From assembly GCA_937911265.1 (NCBI GenBank), contig CALDRG010000022.1:1399-65398 (forward strand): DNA of 64,000 nt, read 5' to 3'. Position numbers and translations under genes: made by a program. The number at the start of each line of letters is the position of its first letter. Position 1 is the first letter of the stretch. Positions 9,637 to 19,600 of this stretch are shown here, piece by piece. The notes beneath the pieces were generated by a model. That model saw only the letters and a program-made list of their open reading frames with translations, made no database searches and had not been told where the DNA came from. This stretch comes from an uncultured euryarchaeote. Lineage in GTDB: Archaea; Thermoplasmatota; Poseidoniia; Poseidoniales; Thalassarchaeaceae.

Positions 9637-11771
9637 AAGTCGCCCAGCGAACTCTGGCGCTCAGCAAGGGGGTCCATCCCTATCATTTCAGCTAGTTCGA
9701 CCTCCGAAAGAATCTCGACACCGAGTCTGTTGGCCTTGTCGAGCTTGGAACCTGCAGATTCCCCTGCAACTAGGTAGTCCAACTTCCCAGATACTGATGA
9801 CACCACCTTACCACCCTCAGCCTTGATGGACAGGGCGACCTCCTTCCTCGGGCGACCGAGGGCCCCAGTGATGCAGAATGTCTGGCCCAGCAGTGGACCT
9901 ATCTCCTGCTTGGGCGACTCCTCGGTGATGTCAAGTTCTAGGCTGAGTTCTCTCACTATGGTCGAACGGGTGTCCAGACCATCGAGAAGGAGCCTAGCGA
10001 CCGTCTCCCCTACCCTCTCGATGGCAATGAGCCTGTCAATCGCTGGGTTGTACTTGTTCGGTTTACCATCAGCATCCATGCCCGCTTCCTCATCTTTCTT
10101 CTCGACCAGTTCGAGAAGAGTCTCGAGACTGCCTACCTCGGTCGCGATGACTGAGGATATCTCAGGCCCTATCCTCGGCAGGCCCAGTGCTGTGAGGAAA
10201 GTGCTGAGAGTCATACTTCGACTGGCCTCCAGCTCATCGATTACGTTACTCGCTGACCTATCTGCCATCCTTTCCAGTCCCGCGATGTCCTGATGAGTGA
10301 GTTTGTACAGGTCGGCCAACGTCCTGACGAGCCTGGTGGCACAGAGTTGTTCGGCCAGTTTCTCACCTATTCCGTCCATCTCGAGGTGCCTGCACCAATA
10401 CAGAATCGTCCTCTCTAGTCTCGATGGGCAATCGAGGTTTGTGCATCGGATGAATGCTCCATCCTCAATCAGCGGAGTTGCGCAGCGCGGGCACTCAACG
10501 GGAATGGTGACGGGTCGGCGCTCAGGCAGGGCCTCTACGAACGGGTTTCCGTCGGAGTGCTGTCGCCCTTCGAGATCGGTAACGCTCGCAGGTCCGAGCA
10601 CTTCCACGATTTTGGGGATGACATCTCCTCTGCGAACCACCCTGACTTTGTCTGCGACCATAATCTCGAGTCGTTCCACCTCGCCTTTGTTGTGCAGAGT
10701 GGTGTTCTCCACGGTCACTCCCGATACCCTTACTGGGGCCACTCTGGAGACAGGGGTCACGTTTCCTGTCCTCCCAGTCTGCCATTCGACATCCATAAGC
10801 ACGGTGGTAGCCTCCTCTGGAGGGAACTTCCAGGCTAGGGCCCAACGTGGGTGGTGCGCGGTCATACCGAGGAGTTCGCGCTTGCCCAGTCTGTCGAGTT
10901 TGATGACGACGCCATCAATCTCCCAATCAGCGGCGTCCCTGCCCTCGGTCCACCTCTGCACGGCCGACATTATCGCCGCACTGGTTGAGTCGTCGTCGGA
11001 GCCACCTACGACCTCGTTCCCGGCTACCTCGATGCCCTCTGTCTGCAACCACGAAATGACCTCGGAATCGTACTCGAACACTGGTGGCTCGGGGCTGTCT
11101 GGGTGCCTTGGGCCGATATCTGGGAACTCAGCGCCGTAAGCGAGGAAAACGAGATCCTCGGCTCTGCCCTTGCCAGCCTCGATGTGCTTCTGCCTGAGTG
11201 AGCCTGCGGCTAGATTTCTAGGGTTCGGTGCCACCTCAGCGTAGTTTTTCCTGAAGGTCTCCAGAGGCATCACCACTTCTCCCCTGATGTGGCAGTCACC
11301 GCTCCAGCTGAGGGACATTGGGACGTTCGGGATCCTGCGGACGTTTGCTGTCACGTCCTCGCCGCGAGTCCCGCTTCCTCTGGTAGCTGCTCTGACCAAG
11401 CGACCCCTGCGGTACTCTAGTGAGAGTGCGGAGCCATCCAGTTTGGGCTGGCACACGAACCTGCGACTCTGGGCGGTGGTCTCTGCGACAAAGTGCGCAA
11501 CCTCCTCCTCAGTGCTCGACTTGTCGAGGCTGAGCATCGCGAACAGATGGTTCACCTTGACGGAACCTGGAGAGGGGTCCGAGCCGACCATTCTCAGTTG
11601 AGGGTGCTCGGGTGCTAGCCTACTGAGCCTGTTCCAGAGTTCATCGAACTCGGCGTCCGATATCTTCGGGCTGGCCTCATTGTAGTACAGGTTCGAGTGA
11701 TGGGCTATCTCCGCGGCCAGCCGATCCACGAGCACGTCGGTGTCTGCTTCACTCGGCCGCTCCGCTGCCAT
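9633..11771 (-). CDS. ligA: NAD+-dependent DNA ligase
   Basis: YY...SDAEFD domain Ia, KLDG, TRGSG.GED, NPRN, DGVVIK, AWKFP, Cys4 zinc finger, HhH motifs and C-terminal BRCT (GSKLDKA). Confidence 0.95.
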   Translation of the reverse strand: MAAERPSEADTDVLVDRLAAEIAHHSNLYYNEASPKISDAEFDELWNRLSRLAPEHPQLRMVGSDPSPGSVKVNHLFAMLSLDKSSTEEEVAHFVAETTAQSRRFVCQPKLDGSALSLEYRRGRLVRAATRGSGTRGEDVTANVRRIPNVPMSLSWSGDCHIRGEVVMPLETFRKNYAEVAPNPRNLAAGSLRQKHIEAGKGRAEDLVFLAYGAEFPDIGPRHPDSPEPPVFEYDSEVISWLQTEGIEVAGNEVVGGSDDDSTSAAIMSAVQRWTEGRDAADWEIDGVVIKLDRLGKRELLGMTAHHPRWALAWKFPPEEATTVLMDVEWQTGRTGNVTPVSRVAPVRVSGVTVENTTLHNKGEVERLEIMVADKVRVVRRGDVIPKIVEVLGPASVTDLEGRQHSDGNPFVEALPERRPVTIPVECPRCATPLIEDGAFIRCTNLDCPSRLERTILYWCRHLEMDGIGEKLAEQLCATRLVRTLADLYKLTHQDIAGLERMADRSASNVIDELEASRSMTLSTFLTALGLPRIGPEISSVIATEVGSLETLLELVEKKDEEAGMDADGKPNKYNPAIDRLIAIERVGETVARLLLDGLDTRSTIVRELSLELDITEESPKQEIGPLLGQTFCITGALGRPRKEVALSIKAEGGKVVSSVSGKLDYLVAGESAGSKLDKANRLGVEILSEVELAEMIGMDPLAERQSSLGDF

Positions 11772-11809
11772 GGTACACGAAGGTGGCCTAGTGCCTTCAA
11801 CTTGCGGTT

Positions 11810-11835
11810 TAGGAGCCCTACGGGCTCCTATTTTT
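11810..11835. terminator. perfect 9-bp hairpin with adjacent T5 tract between tRNA-Pro and ligA
   Basis: TAGGAGCCC-TAC-GGGCTCCTA-TTTTT; the T tract is on the + strand, opposite to the flanking genes, so function is uncertain. Confidence 0.35.
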
Positions 11836-11864
11836 AGACAACATGAACTGAATTGGAGTGAAAG

Positions 11865-11942
11865 TGGTGGGCCTGCCAGGATTTGAACCTGGGTCGCGCG
11901 ACCCCCAGCCGCGAAGTATAGGCCAAACTAACCTACAGGCCC
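11865..11942 (-). tRNA. tRNA-Pro(GGG)
   Basis: GGGCCTG...CAGGCCC-A-CCA; anticodon arm CGCGG-CTGGGGG-TCGCG; GGTTCAAATCC. Confidence 0.93.
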
Positions 11943-12004
11943 TTGGGCTCTCAAAGCGAGGGAGGAATTGGTCAAAGCCCTGTCGGATGGTTACTGCTCT
12001 CTAG

Positions 12005-12214
12005 CTATACCTGATCTCTGGCTATGCTGAACGGGGCGATCTCATCGAGGAGGTCTACGTGACCTACGAACATCCTCCTGCAGCAGTATCTCTCGATACC
12101 TAGATTCTCAAGGGTGCTCTGAGCATCCTCGCCGCTCTCGACTGCCTGCTTGTACTGCTCGTAGACGTGGGCAATCACCTTGCCGCAGCTCCAACACCTT
12201 ACCGGAATCAACAT
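12005..12214 (-). CDS. rpoN: RNA polymerase subunit N (Rpo10)
   Basis: MLIPVRCWSCGK...RYCCRRM; start corrected to 12214. Confidence 0.95.
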   Translation of the reverse strand: MLIPVRCWSCGKVIAHVYEQYKQAVESGEDAQSTLENLGIERYCCRRMFVGHVDLLDEIAPFSIARDQV

Positions 12215-12221
12215 TCTATCA

Positions 12222-12665
12222 TCACCTATACGACTTCTGCCACTTCTTTCGAGCACCGCGTCCCATTTGATGCTTCGGCTCCTTACGACGTGGATCATTG
12301 ACGAGCAGACTGCGGTCGAACCTCAGATACTCGTCACGTAATTCCTCGTCATCACCCTCAGCACCACCGTTCCATTTTACCAGTCCTCGGGCGATGGCGG
12401 TGCGGATTGCATCGACTTGTCCCATTTGGCCGCCGCCTTGAACGTCTACTACGACGTCGGCGTCTGCTAGACGATTCATAGCCTCGGCGATTTGCACAGG
12501 CTCCAGAGCCTTGCGACGAGCGAGCTCGGGCTCGATAATATGAATCGGCTTGCTATTGATTCGGACGCGCCCCTTGCCCTTTCGCACGGTGGCACGGGCG
12601 ACAGCGGTCTTGCGCTTGCCACTCATGTTGACAGAGATCTTTCCTTTCGGCTTCTTCTTGGCCAT
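12222..12665 (-). CDS. rps9: 30S ribosomal protein S9 (uS9)
   Basis: [17 protein letters not shown], terminal QKSYR. Confidence 0.96.
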   Translation of the reverse strand: MAKKKPKGKISVNMSGKRKTAVARATVRKGKGRVRINSKPIHIIEPELARRKALEPVQIAEAMNRLADADVVVDVQGGGQMGQVDAIRTAIARGLVKWNGGAEGDDEELRDEYLRFDRSLLVNDPRRKEPKHQMGRGARKKWQKSYR

Positions 12666-12666
12666 G

Positions 12667-13152
12667 TCACTCGCCCTCCCATCGGGATGCATCGACGCCC
12701 AGTGAAGAGCTTATCTCACCAAGTCGGACGAACTTGAGTGGGAGTGGTCTGTCGATAGACGCTGTGTCGCCCAACGCGTGCCCGTCGGGAAGATCGTCGC
12801 CCGTTAGGTTAGTGGGTTTGCCAATCATCACCCTGAGGTCGCGTAACGCGCCGCGCCCGCTGCTGTTCTTCTGGTACGGCAGCATGCCGCGAACTGTTCT
12901 CTTGAGTATCTGGTCGGGCATCCTTGGGTAGAATGGGCCCTTCCTAGGGTGATTGAGTTTGTACTTGCTGCCGTAGTTGGCAAGCACCCTCGTTCTGTGT
13001 CCTGAAACCACCGCGTGTTCTGCGTTGTAGATAATGATGCGTTGCTCGCGACCTATCTTACGAGCTGCCATCAGCTGCTTGGCCACAAGGCTGGCTAGGC
13101 GACCAAGGATCTTGTCCGTGGCATCGTAGACTAGTGTTGCTGCCTCAGCCAA
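12667..13152 (-). CDS. rpl13: 50S ribosomal protein L13 (uL13)
   Basis: [22 protein letters not shown]. Confidence 0.95.
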   Translation of the reverse strand: MAEAATLVYDATDKILGRLASLVAKQLMAARKIGREQRIIIYNAEHAVVSGHRTRVLANYGSKYKLNHPRKGPFYPRMPDQILKRTVRGMLPYQKNSSGRGALRDLRVMIGKPTNLTGDDLPDGHALGDTASIDRPLPLKFVRLGEISSSLGVDASRWEGE

Positions 13153-13510
13153 GTATCCTCACCCCTTTCCCCTTCGGGTTCTCATCCATCAATTCGCGGA
13201 TTGTCATGACGCGTCCGCCGGCTGCTTCTATCTTAGAGCGGGCTCCAGAACTGACACTGTAGGCGGCGACGTTAGGCTTACCCAACACATCACCGCTTCC
13301 TAGCAACTTGCCGGGGACGAGTACGATATCCTCGTTAGCGGCGTGTCGCGATAGGCGGCTCAGGTTAGGTGCGGCCCAGTTGCTGCGACTCTTCTCGAGT
13401 CTGGCAGCGACGTCTCGCCACAGTGCAGAACCGGTTGACCTGCTGTGGTCCTTGAGATCACCGATTAAGGTGACTAAGGCCTGGTTGGTCTTTCTCGTGT
13501 TCATACTCAT
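13145..13510 (-). CDS. rpl18e: 50S ribosomal protein L18e
   Basis: LWRDVA, NLSRL, VPGKLLGSG, KIEAAGG, NPKG. Confidence 0.95.
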   Translation of the reverse strand: MSMNTRKTNQALVTLIGDLKDHSRSTGSALWRDVAARLEKSRSNWAAPNLSRLSRHAANEDIVLVPGKLLGSGDVLGKPNVAAYSVSSGARSKIEAAGGRVMTIRELMDENPKGKGVRILG

Positions 13511-13636
13511 ATGACTCCCTCGACGTTACTCGGGTAGCGCGGCCACCCGAGGCGCTGTTATGAATGCTACGGGGCGCCCCAAAGGGGCGGAAGGCTGCGC
13601 CTCTCATTGACGGGGCAGTACCCCGAGAATATCCAA

Positions 13637-16600
13637 TCAGATTCGGAAGTCGTCGTTCTGGTTTTCCTCGTCGATACCGGCGATACGAATCTGGCCCTCA
13701 GAGTCTACGAACTCGCCGGCCTTGGTGATGGTGCCATACAGGCCAGATTCATTCGAGTACGCCCTATTCAGCATCGAGTCACCCAACGATGCGGTCATGT
13801 GATTCACGATCGACTGTAGAGTTGCTATGGCCCTGTCGCGCTGGTCGGCACCAATCTCGTGATCGGAGTATCGCGCCTCTTCAAAGATAGAGAAGAATTC
13901 GTCAAGGTCTTCCGGAGACGCTATCCCTCCGAGCATTGAGCTGATTGCGTCCTCGAACTCCCTAGTCGTCTCGTAGACCTTCTTCATCGCCCCTCTGGAC
14001 CTGAAGAATCTCACTAGGTCCTTGTAGCAGTTGAAGATGGTCTGGATGTAGTCGTTCGAAGCCTTGAGTGACATCAGTGAGTCGGTCAGTATGCCGCGGA
14101 TGATCTCGATGCGTCGGCGCTCAGCATAGTTGCGATACATGATTACGCCAATGAGGAGAGCAAACGATACTGCGATGAGGAGTACAACTGTAACTCTGGC
14201 CGTGAAGAAGCTGGTCTGCTGCTTCACCAGTTCGTCTCCGAGTTTGATGGTGGGAGTGCTATTGAGGAACTCCTCAACATAGAACGGCGATTCCTGGAAG
14301 TGTACCAGCACCCTCCATTTGCCATTCTGGACACAGGGCCCCCCGGCTGCGCAATCTATCTCACCGGGCACGTTCTCTCCTGAATAGCCCTCTCCAGGCC
14401 AAGTGAAGTTGGCAGTACCCTGTTCGTTGGTGACGGCGTACTCAGGAGGGAAACCAGTAATCCATCCCGTGCCATTCCAGTACTGGAAGGTGAATATCAC
14501 CGTCTCGCCTTCTACCGAGAGGTCAAGTCGGTCACGCAGAATTGTCACGGCGCCTGTGATATCGTCCCCCGGTTGGTAGCCCACCGAGCTGGCCCAGTGG
14601 TCTTTCAGAAGGATATCTACACGGCTGCGCACTAGAACCTCGATATCCATGTAGGAGCCATTGACCACTGGGGTGGTCTCGGCCCGGCATCCTCCTGGCA
14701 GTTCCTTGTCGGGCTCGTAGGCCACGCGTACTGTCCTAAATCCCTCCAACTGCTCGCCGTTAGGTTCGACCCCTCGTCTGCTGGGGTTGTCCTCAGGGTC
14801 ACCCGAGAACCACTCTACTTCGCCAGTTCCGTCCATCGTTGTAGCGGTGGCGATTGGTCGTGTGTTAGACAGCGGGTCGAGGTAGATATTGAGGCACTTA
14901 CCGCCAATCGGGTTGCCGTTGGTCTGTGTGAGCAGGGCTTCGACGTGGAATGATTCCTTGAGGTAAAGCACAGGGAACACGGAGCCGTTGGCGAAGGTGT
15001 AGGTGTCCACATCGGTTCTGAAAGGACCGACTTCCTCCAGCAACATTGTCGAATTGGAGAACACAGGGAATATCTTGGTAATGTTCGTAGGCTTGTAGCG
15101 CCAATTATCGAGACTCTCGTAGGGATCGTAAGATATTGTCACCATGGCTTGACCAGCCTCGACACCCGACAACGGGCAGATGATTTCGAAGAAGCCGTCG
15201 TTATCTGTGGTGCCCGGTATGCAGACCTGGCTACCTGTCTCCATGTTGAGCATTTGGTACTCGACGCGGATGGCCCTGTGCGAAAGGTTGCCTCCCAGTT
15301 CATCGAGCAACTGGCCGGTGACTATCATTGGTTTGTCGATAGGCTGGCCAGTGGTCTGGTCAATCTCGGAGGTGTAGACAATCTGATCATCCACCGCAAG
15401 GTTTGTTCGCCCGATTAGGTAGAATCCCTGCGCGTTGAACTGCAGCACCTTGCGGAAATGCTCGCTGTTGATGATCTGGGTACACGGATCCCATGCTCCA
15501 GATGTCCTCAGCATGTCGTCATCTAGGAGTTCACAACCCTCGTGCGGCAGATTCTCACCGAATCGCAGTATGACATTGACCGGTCCGAAGCCATCCGGAA
15601 GGAAAGATTCGGGGTCGTCCCTCAGCAACTGAGGATCGAGCGTGATATCATGGTGAATCGAGCCGGCGCTAGGACAGGCGATTTCGACTATCTGGCGGTG
15701 AGTGCGGTCCTCGAAGTCGGTTCCTTCGAAGATGATGAGCACCTCGCCGCCGTTGTCGCCGCAGCCATCGAGAGCCTGTCCAGCGTCGAACATGGTCGGG
15801 TCAGGAGTGCGGTTGTCATCAGTGATCTGTCCTGAGAACTCCCAAATGTCGCCGCTGCTCATGGCGCCTGATGTAGCGCTCTGTAGCGTTATCAGGGTCC
15901 TAGAGACCACCCATAGGTGGATCTCTGAAGAGCTGCCCTGTCGTATCGGGTCGCCTGGATAAGAGTAACTTAGAGTGAAGTTACCGAGCTCGTGCTGCTT
16001 GTCGATAGTCAGGTTGACCGAAAAGACCCCGTTGTGGTCGGTCACAGCGAGGTCGTTGGTGCCATCGGCAGACCAGGTGAAGTTGACGGGGGCATCACGG
16101 ACCGGTTGGTACGCGTTGTCTATCAGCCTCGCCTCAATTGTGGTGTTCTGTCCACGGTAGAGGCGCGGGACATTGTTCAGTTGGAAATCGGTGGTTCCGA
16201 TTACGGAGACGTTGGCGTATGCCCCGGTAGGTGCCAGCACCGCAGTCTGATTGCCTGTGAAGTAGTAGTTCGAATTAGTGAAGTCGGCGCGGATGCCAAA
16301 GACTCCGGCTGAGTACTGTGAGTACCATGTCCAGTTGTAGTCGAAGGTGGCTTCTCCATTTACCATCTGAGGCACACGGGCGAAACCTGTCTCCTGAGAG
16401 CCCGCGAAGACGCCGTTGTGATCGACATCGATCTGCAGGGCCATTGGGTCGTGCGGCCAAGCGGTCATAGTACGGTTCCAGACCGTTCCAATGACTCTGA
16501 ACTTCTCACCTGTGAACATCTCAGGCACGATCTCGCAGCGAACGGTACTGTCGGGGTCAAGTGGGTCCACGGGGCCGCATGGAGGCACATTGAAATCTCC

Positions 16601-19600
16601 TCCGTTCTGCATTGAGATGAACCAATGAGTACCGTTCGAATTGAGGAATGGGCGTAGTGTGGCCGCCTGGCCGGTCAGTCCTCCTGGGTTTCCATCCCAC
16701 TGCATGGCGTACGGCTTGCCTAAGCTGGCATCAGCGAAGTCTATGCCGGCGTTGGCCAGTGAGGGGGCGTGGAACAGCGCCCTCCAGGCCCCAAAGGAGG
16801 AACCAGTGAACTGAGTTGAGTCCCAGAAATAGACCGGTCGAATAGATGGAGTGATGATATCGGCCTCGACGTACATTCGGTGCATGGAGCGTATGGCGAA
16901 GCTGTCTGTGTTATCTCCCTCAAGGAAAGGCCACGGCCACTCAGCACCCATATCCGGCCTAGAGTATCCGACGAAGGCGTAGTCCCCTATCGGTAGGCTG
17001 GTGTTGGTGTAGTTGTAGCGCCCGATGACATTGTGGGCCTTAGAGAAGTTATCCCATACAATCTCTTGGTAGCCTCCAGGAACCTTACCAACTCCATTGT
17101 CCATGGTCGAGTTCCACTGCACCTGCTTCCAGACGCCCTGGGAGCCGCTCGTTTGCACGAAGGTCAGTGAGACCCATCCACCCAAATCCGCCCTGTAGCC
17201 GTAGCCGTAGCCGTCGAACACAGTGGGGTGGGTGGAGTTACCAAAGATGCCGCCGCTGATGGTGAATGAGACCGGGGCGTGGGACAGCCTGTTGCCGAAG
17301 ATACCGCGCTCCCAGTCAGCAGTATAGTGTACCTTGAAGTCAACGAAGAGAGGTTGTTCGTCGCTACGGAAGTAGGTCCATGCGACATAATCGATGGTGG
17401 TGTTGGCCCTCACTTCGACCGGTACGGGCTCGGTTGTGGAACCGTCGTGCACGAACATCTCCGTGACCTCAGCGTAAACCACGTAGGTGGTGTTGTCACC
17501 GACGTGAATATCTTCAGGGAATAGGAATTGCCCGACTACGAAGTCGCCGTCCTGATTAGTTAGGACGTTTACCGTTTCTACTGCCGAAGTTCCGTTTCTT
17601 GACCACTCTATGTGGACCTGGACTGGCAGGTCGGATGCAGGCATGAATACACCTTGTATCGGATCGAGCCAGTTCACCGTCCCATTGAACTTCGCCGGGA
17701 AACGGTTGTCGAGCCACAGAACCTCTGGTACAGTCATCGATATTCTAGTGGGTATCTTGTCGTCCTCGTCAGGGATGCAATCGTTGTCGTGATCCCAGTC
17801 GCTGGACTCAGCACCGTTGGTGCAGTTGTCGGAGGTCCAGCCCTCCTCAAGGTGATCCCAGTCCAGATCAGTGCGGTTGTCGGCGTCGTCGTCCTGGTCT
17901 CTCGCGTCGGGGCCGGTATTGGGATCCGCAGGATTGGATATGCCAGAACCGTCGCCGAAGTCGTCATGGTCCCACGGGTTCGTCGACTCACTGCCAAACC
18001 TCGTTGGCCACAGCATGACTTCGTCCTCGTCAAGCATGCCATCGGAGTCGTCGTCGAGGTCGACGTCGTCTCTCAGGCCATCGTTGTCGTGGTCCCAAGG
18101 GGTAATCCACGGTGTGGCAGAAGCCAGCTCGAGAGTGTTGACCAGTCCATCGCCATCCCAGTCGTCGTCCGCCCAGTCAAGAATTCCATCATCGTCGTGG
18201 TCCCACGGTGACTGCTCCTCACCGGTGAAGCAAAGCAGCTCCTGATCAATGTCTAAGAGGCCATTATTGTCGTCGTCAGGATCCTCTCCATCGGGGACCC
18301 CATCGTTGTCATTGTCAACGTCGTAATACTTCGGATGCAGCAGTCCCTGTCCTAGAACTCCCTTATCCCAGACCGCTTGGAACCAGCCGTCGCCGTCGGG
18401 ATCGGTGTCGGTGCCATCGTCGTCGTTGTCCTCGCAGTTAGTGCCGATGAAGAATGAGCCATCCGGCTCGGTGCTGGCATCGTCGTCCCAGTCGTCGTCA
18501 GTATCGACTTCGAAGTAGTCCCATATGCCGTCGTTGTCATCGTCAATATCCCAATGGTCGTAGATTCCATCGAAGTCATCATCGAGGTCGGCGGTGTCAT
18601 TGAACATGCATTGCGGATTCATGTTACCAGCGATAGGCGCCCCACAGTCGTCGTCGGGGTCAACGTCGTTGTTCAGTAGGTCGGCTACCTCGTCTGGGAA
18701 CATGTTGGCGTTACCATCGGAATTCCATTGGAACAAGCCATAGTTCACGCCAACGTAGGCCACCCACAAGTCACGGTTGTTCTTGATTTGGTTGTAGGTG
18801 ACAGCTGCGCTGGGGCCGACATCCTGATTTCCGAAGAAGTCGAACCAGAAGCAGTTCTTGGTGCAGGTCCACTGGCCCTGCGAGTTACTGCCGTTGTATG
18901 CGCCTTCGTCGAACTCGTAGTCCGGCCTAGTACTGTAAGGCGCGGTATAGACGGTCTGTTGAGTCCGGGTAGCGCTTTGCAAGGGGTATCCATACAACCA
19001 GGCGTATGCCAGACCGCAGGCGTGCTCGGCCACTGCACCCTGTAGAGTCGCCCAAACCAAAGAGGAACCGCAGGTCCCATCGTCGAAGGTCCCGCCCATC
19101 TTGATGTCGTCCACATCGAGGACGCCGTCGTTGCCCTCGTCCTGATCCCACCAGTCTGGCAGTCCGTCACCGTCTTGGTCGGTGTCGATACCGTTGACGA
19201 GGGAGTCGCCATCGAGGTCGATGTCAAAGTAATTGTCGCCATTGTATGGGCTCCACTTCATGAGAACATACCAGTACATCTCGGGAACTTTGCCGTTGGT
19301 TATGGTCCCGTTGTTGTTGTCGTAGCCGTTGTAGTCGAGGACGAAATTGTTGTCTAGGCTGAACGGGTTGAACATCCAGGTCTGGTTCCAGTAGAAGAAG
19401 TGGGCGACATCGTGGGAGTAGATGTCACCGTCGTCGGAGCCGTCTATCGGGTCGCCATCGCTGTGTGAGTAGTATTGGCTGTTGAACGGGTCTGTCTGAT
19501 CGGAGTCGACTATCCCACAGTTGCCGTCATCGGGGTCGTAGTAGTCAGAGAGTCCGTCGTTGTCGTCGTCCCAGTCGAGGTCGTTCGGCAGTCCGTCGCC

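Noticed and set aside
10297-11139. 280-aa ORF on + strand
   Set aside because: Ser/Thr-rich antisense shadow of ligA
5112-11942. Integrated element between tRNA-Pro and the tRNA-Arg pair
   Set aside because: No integrase, no duplicated tRNA 3' end (att), no visible compositional shift
13515-13630. Several short GC hairpins upstream of rpl18e as an autoregulatory leader or tRNA relic
   Set aside because: No cloverleaf or T-loop; could be chance or terminator structures of the upstream giant gene; cannot be supported without covariation
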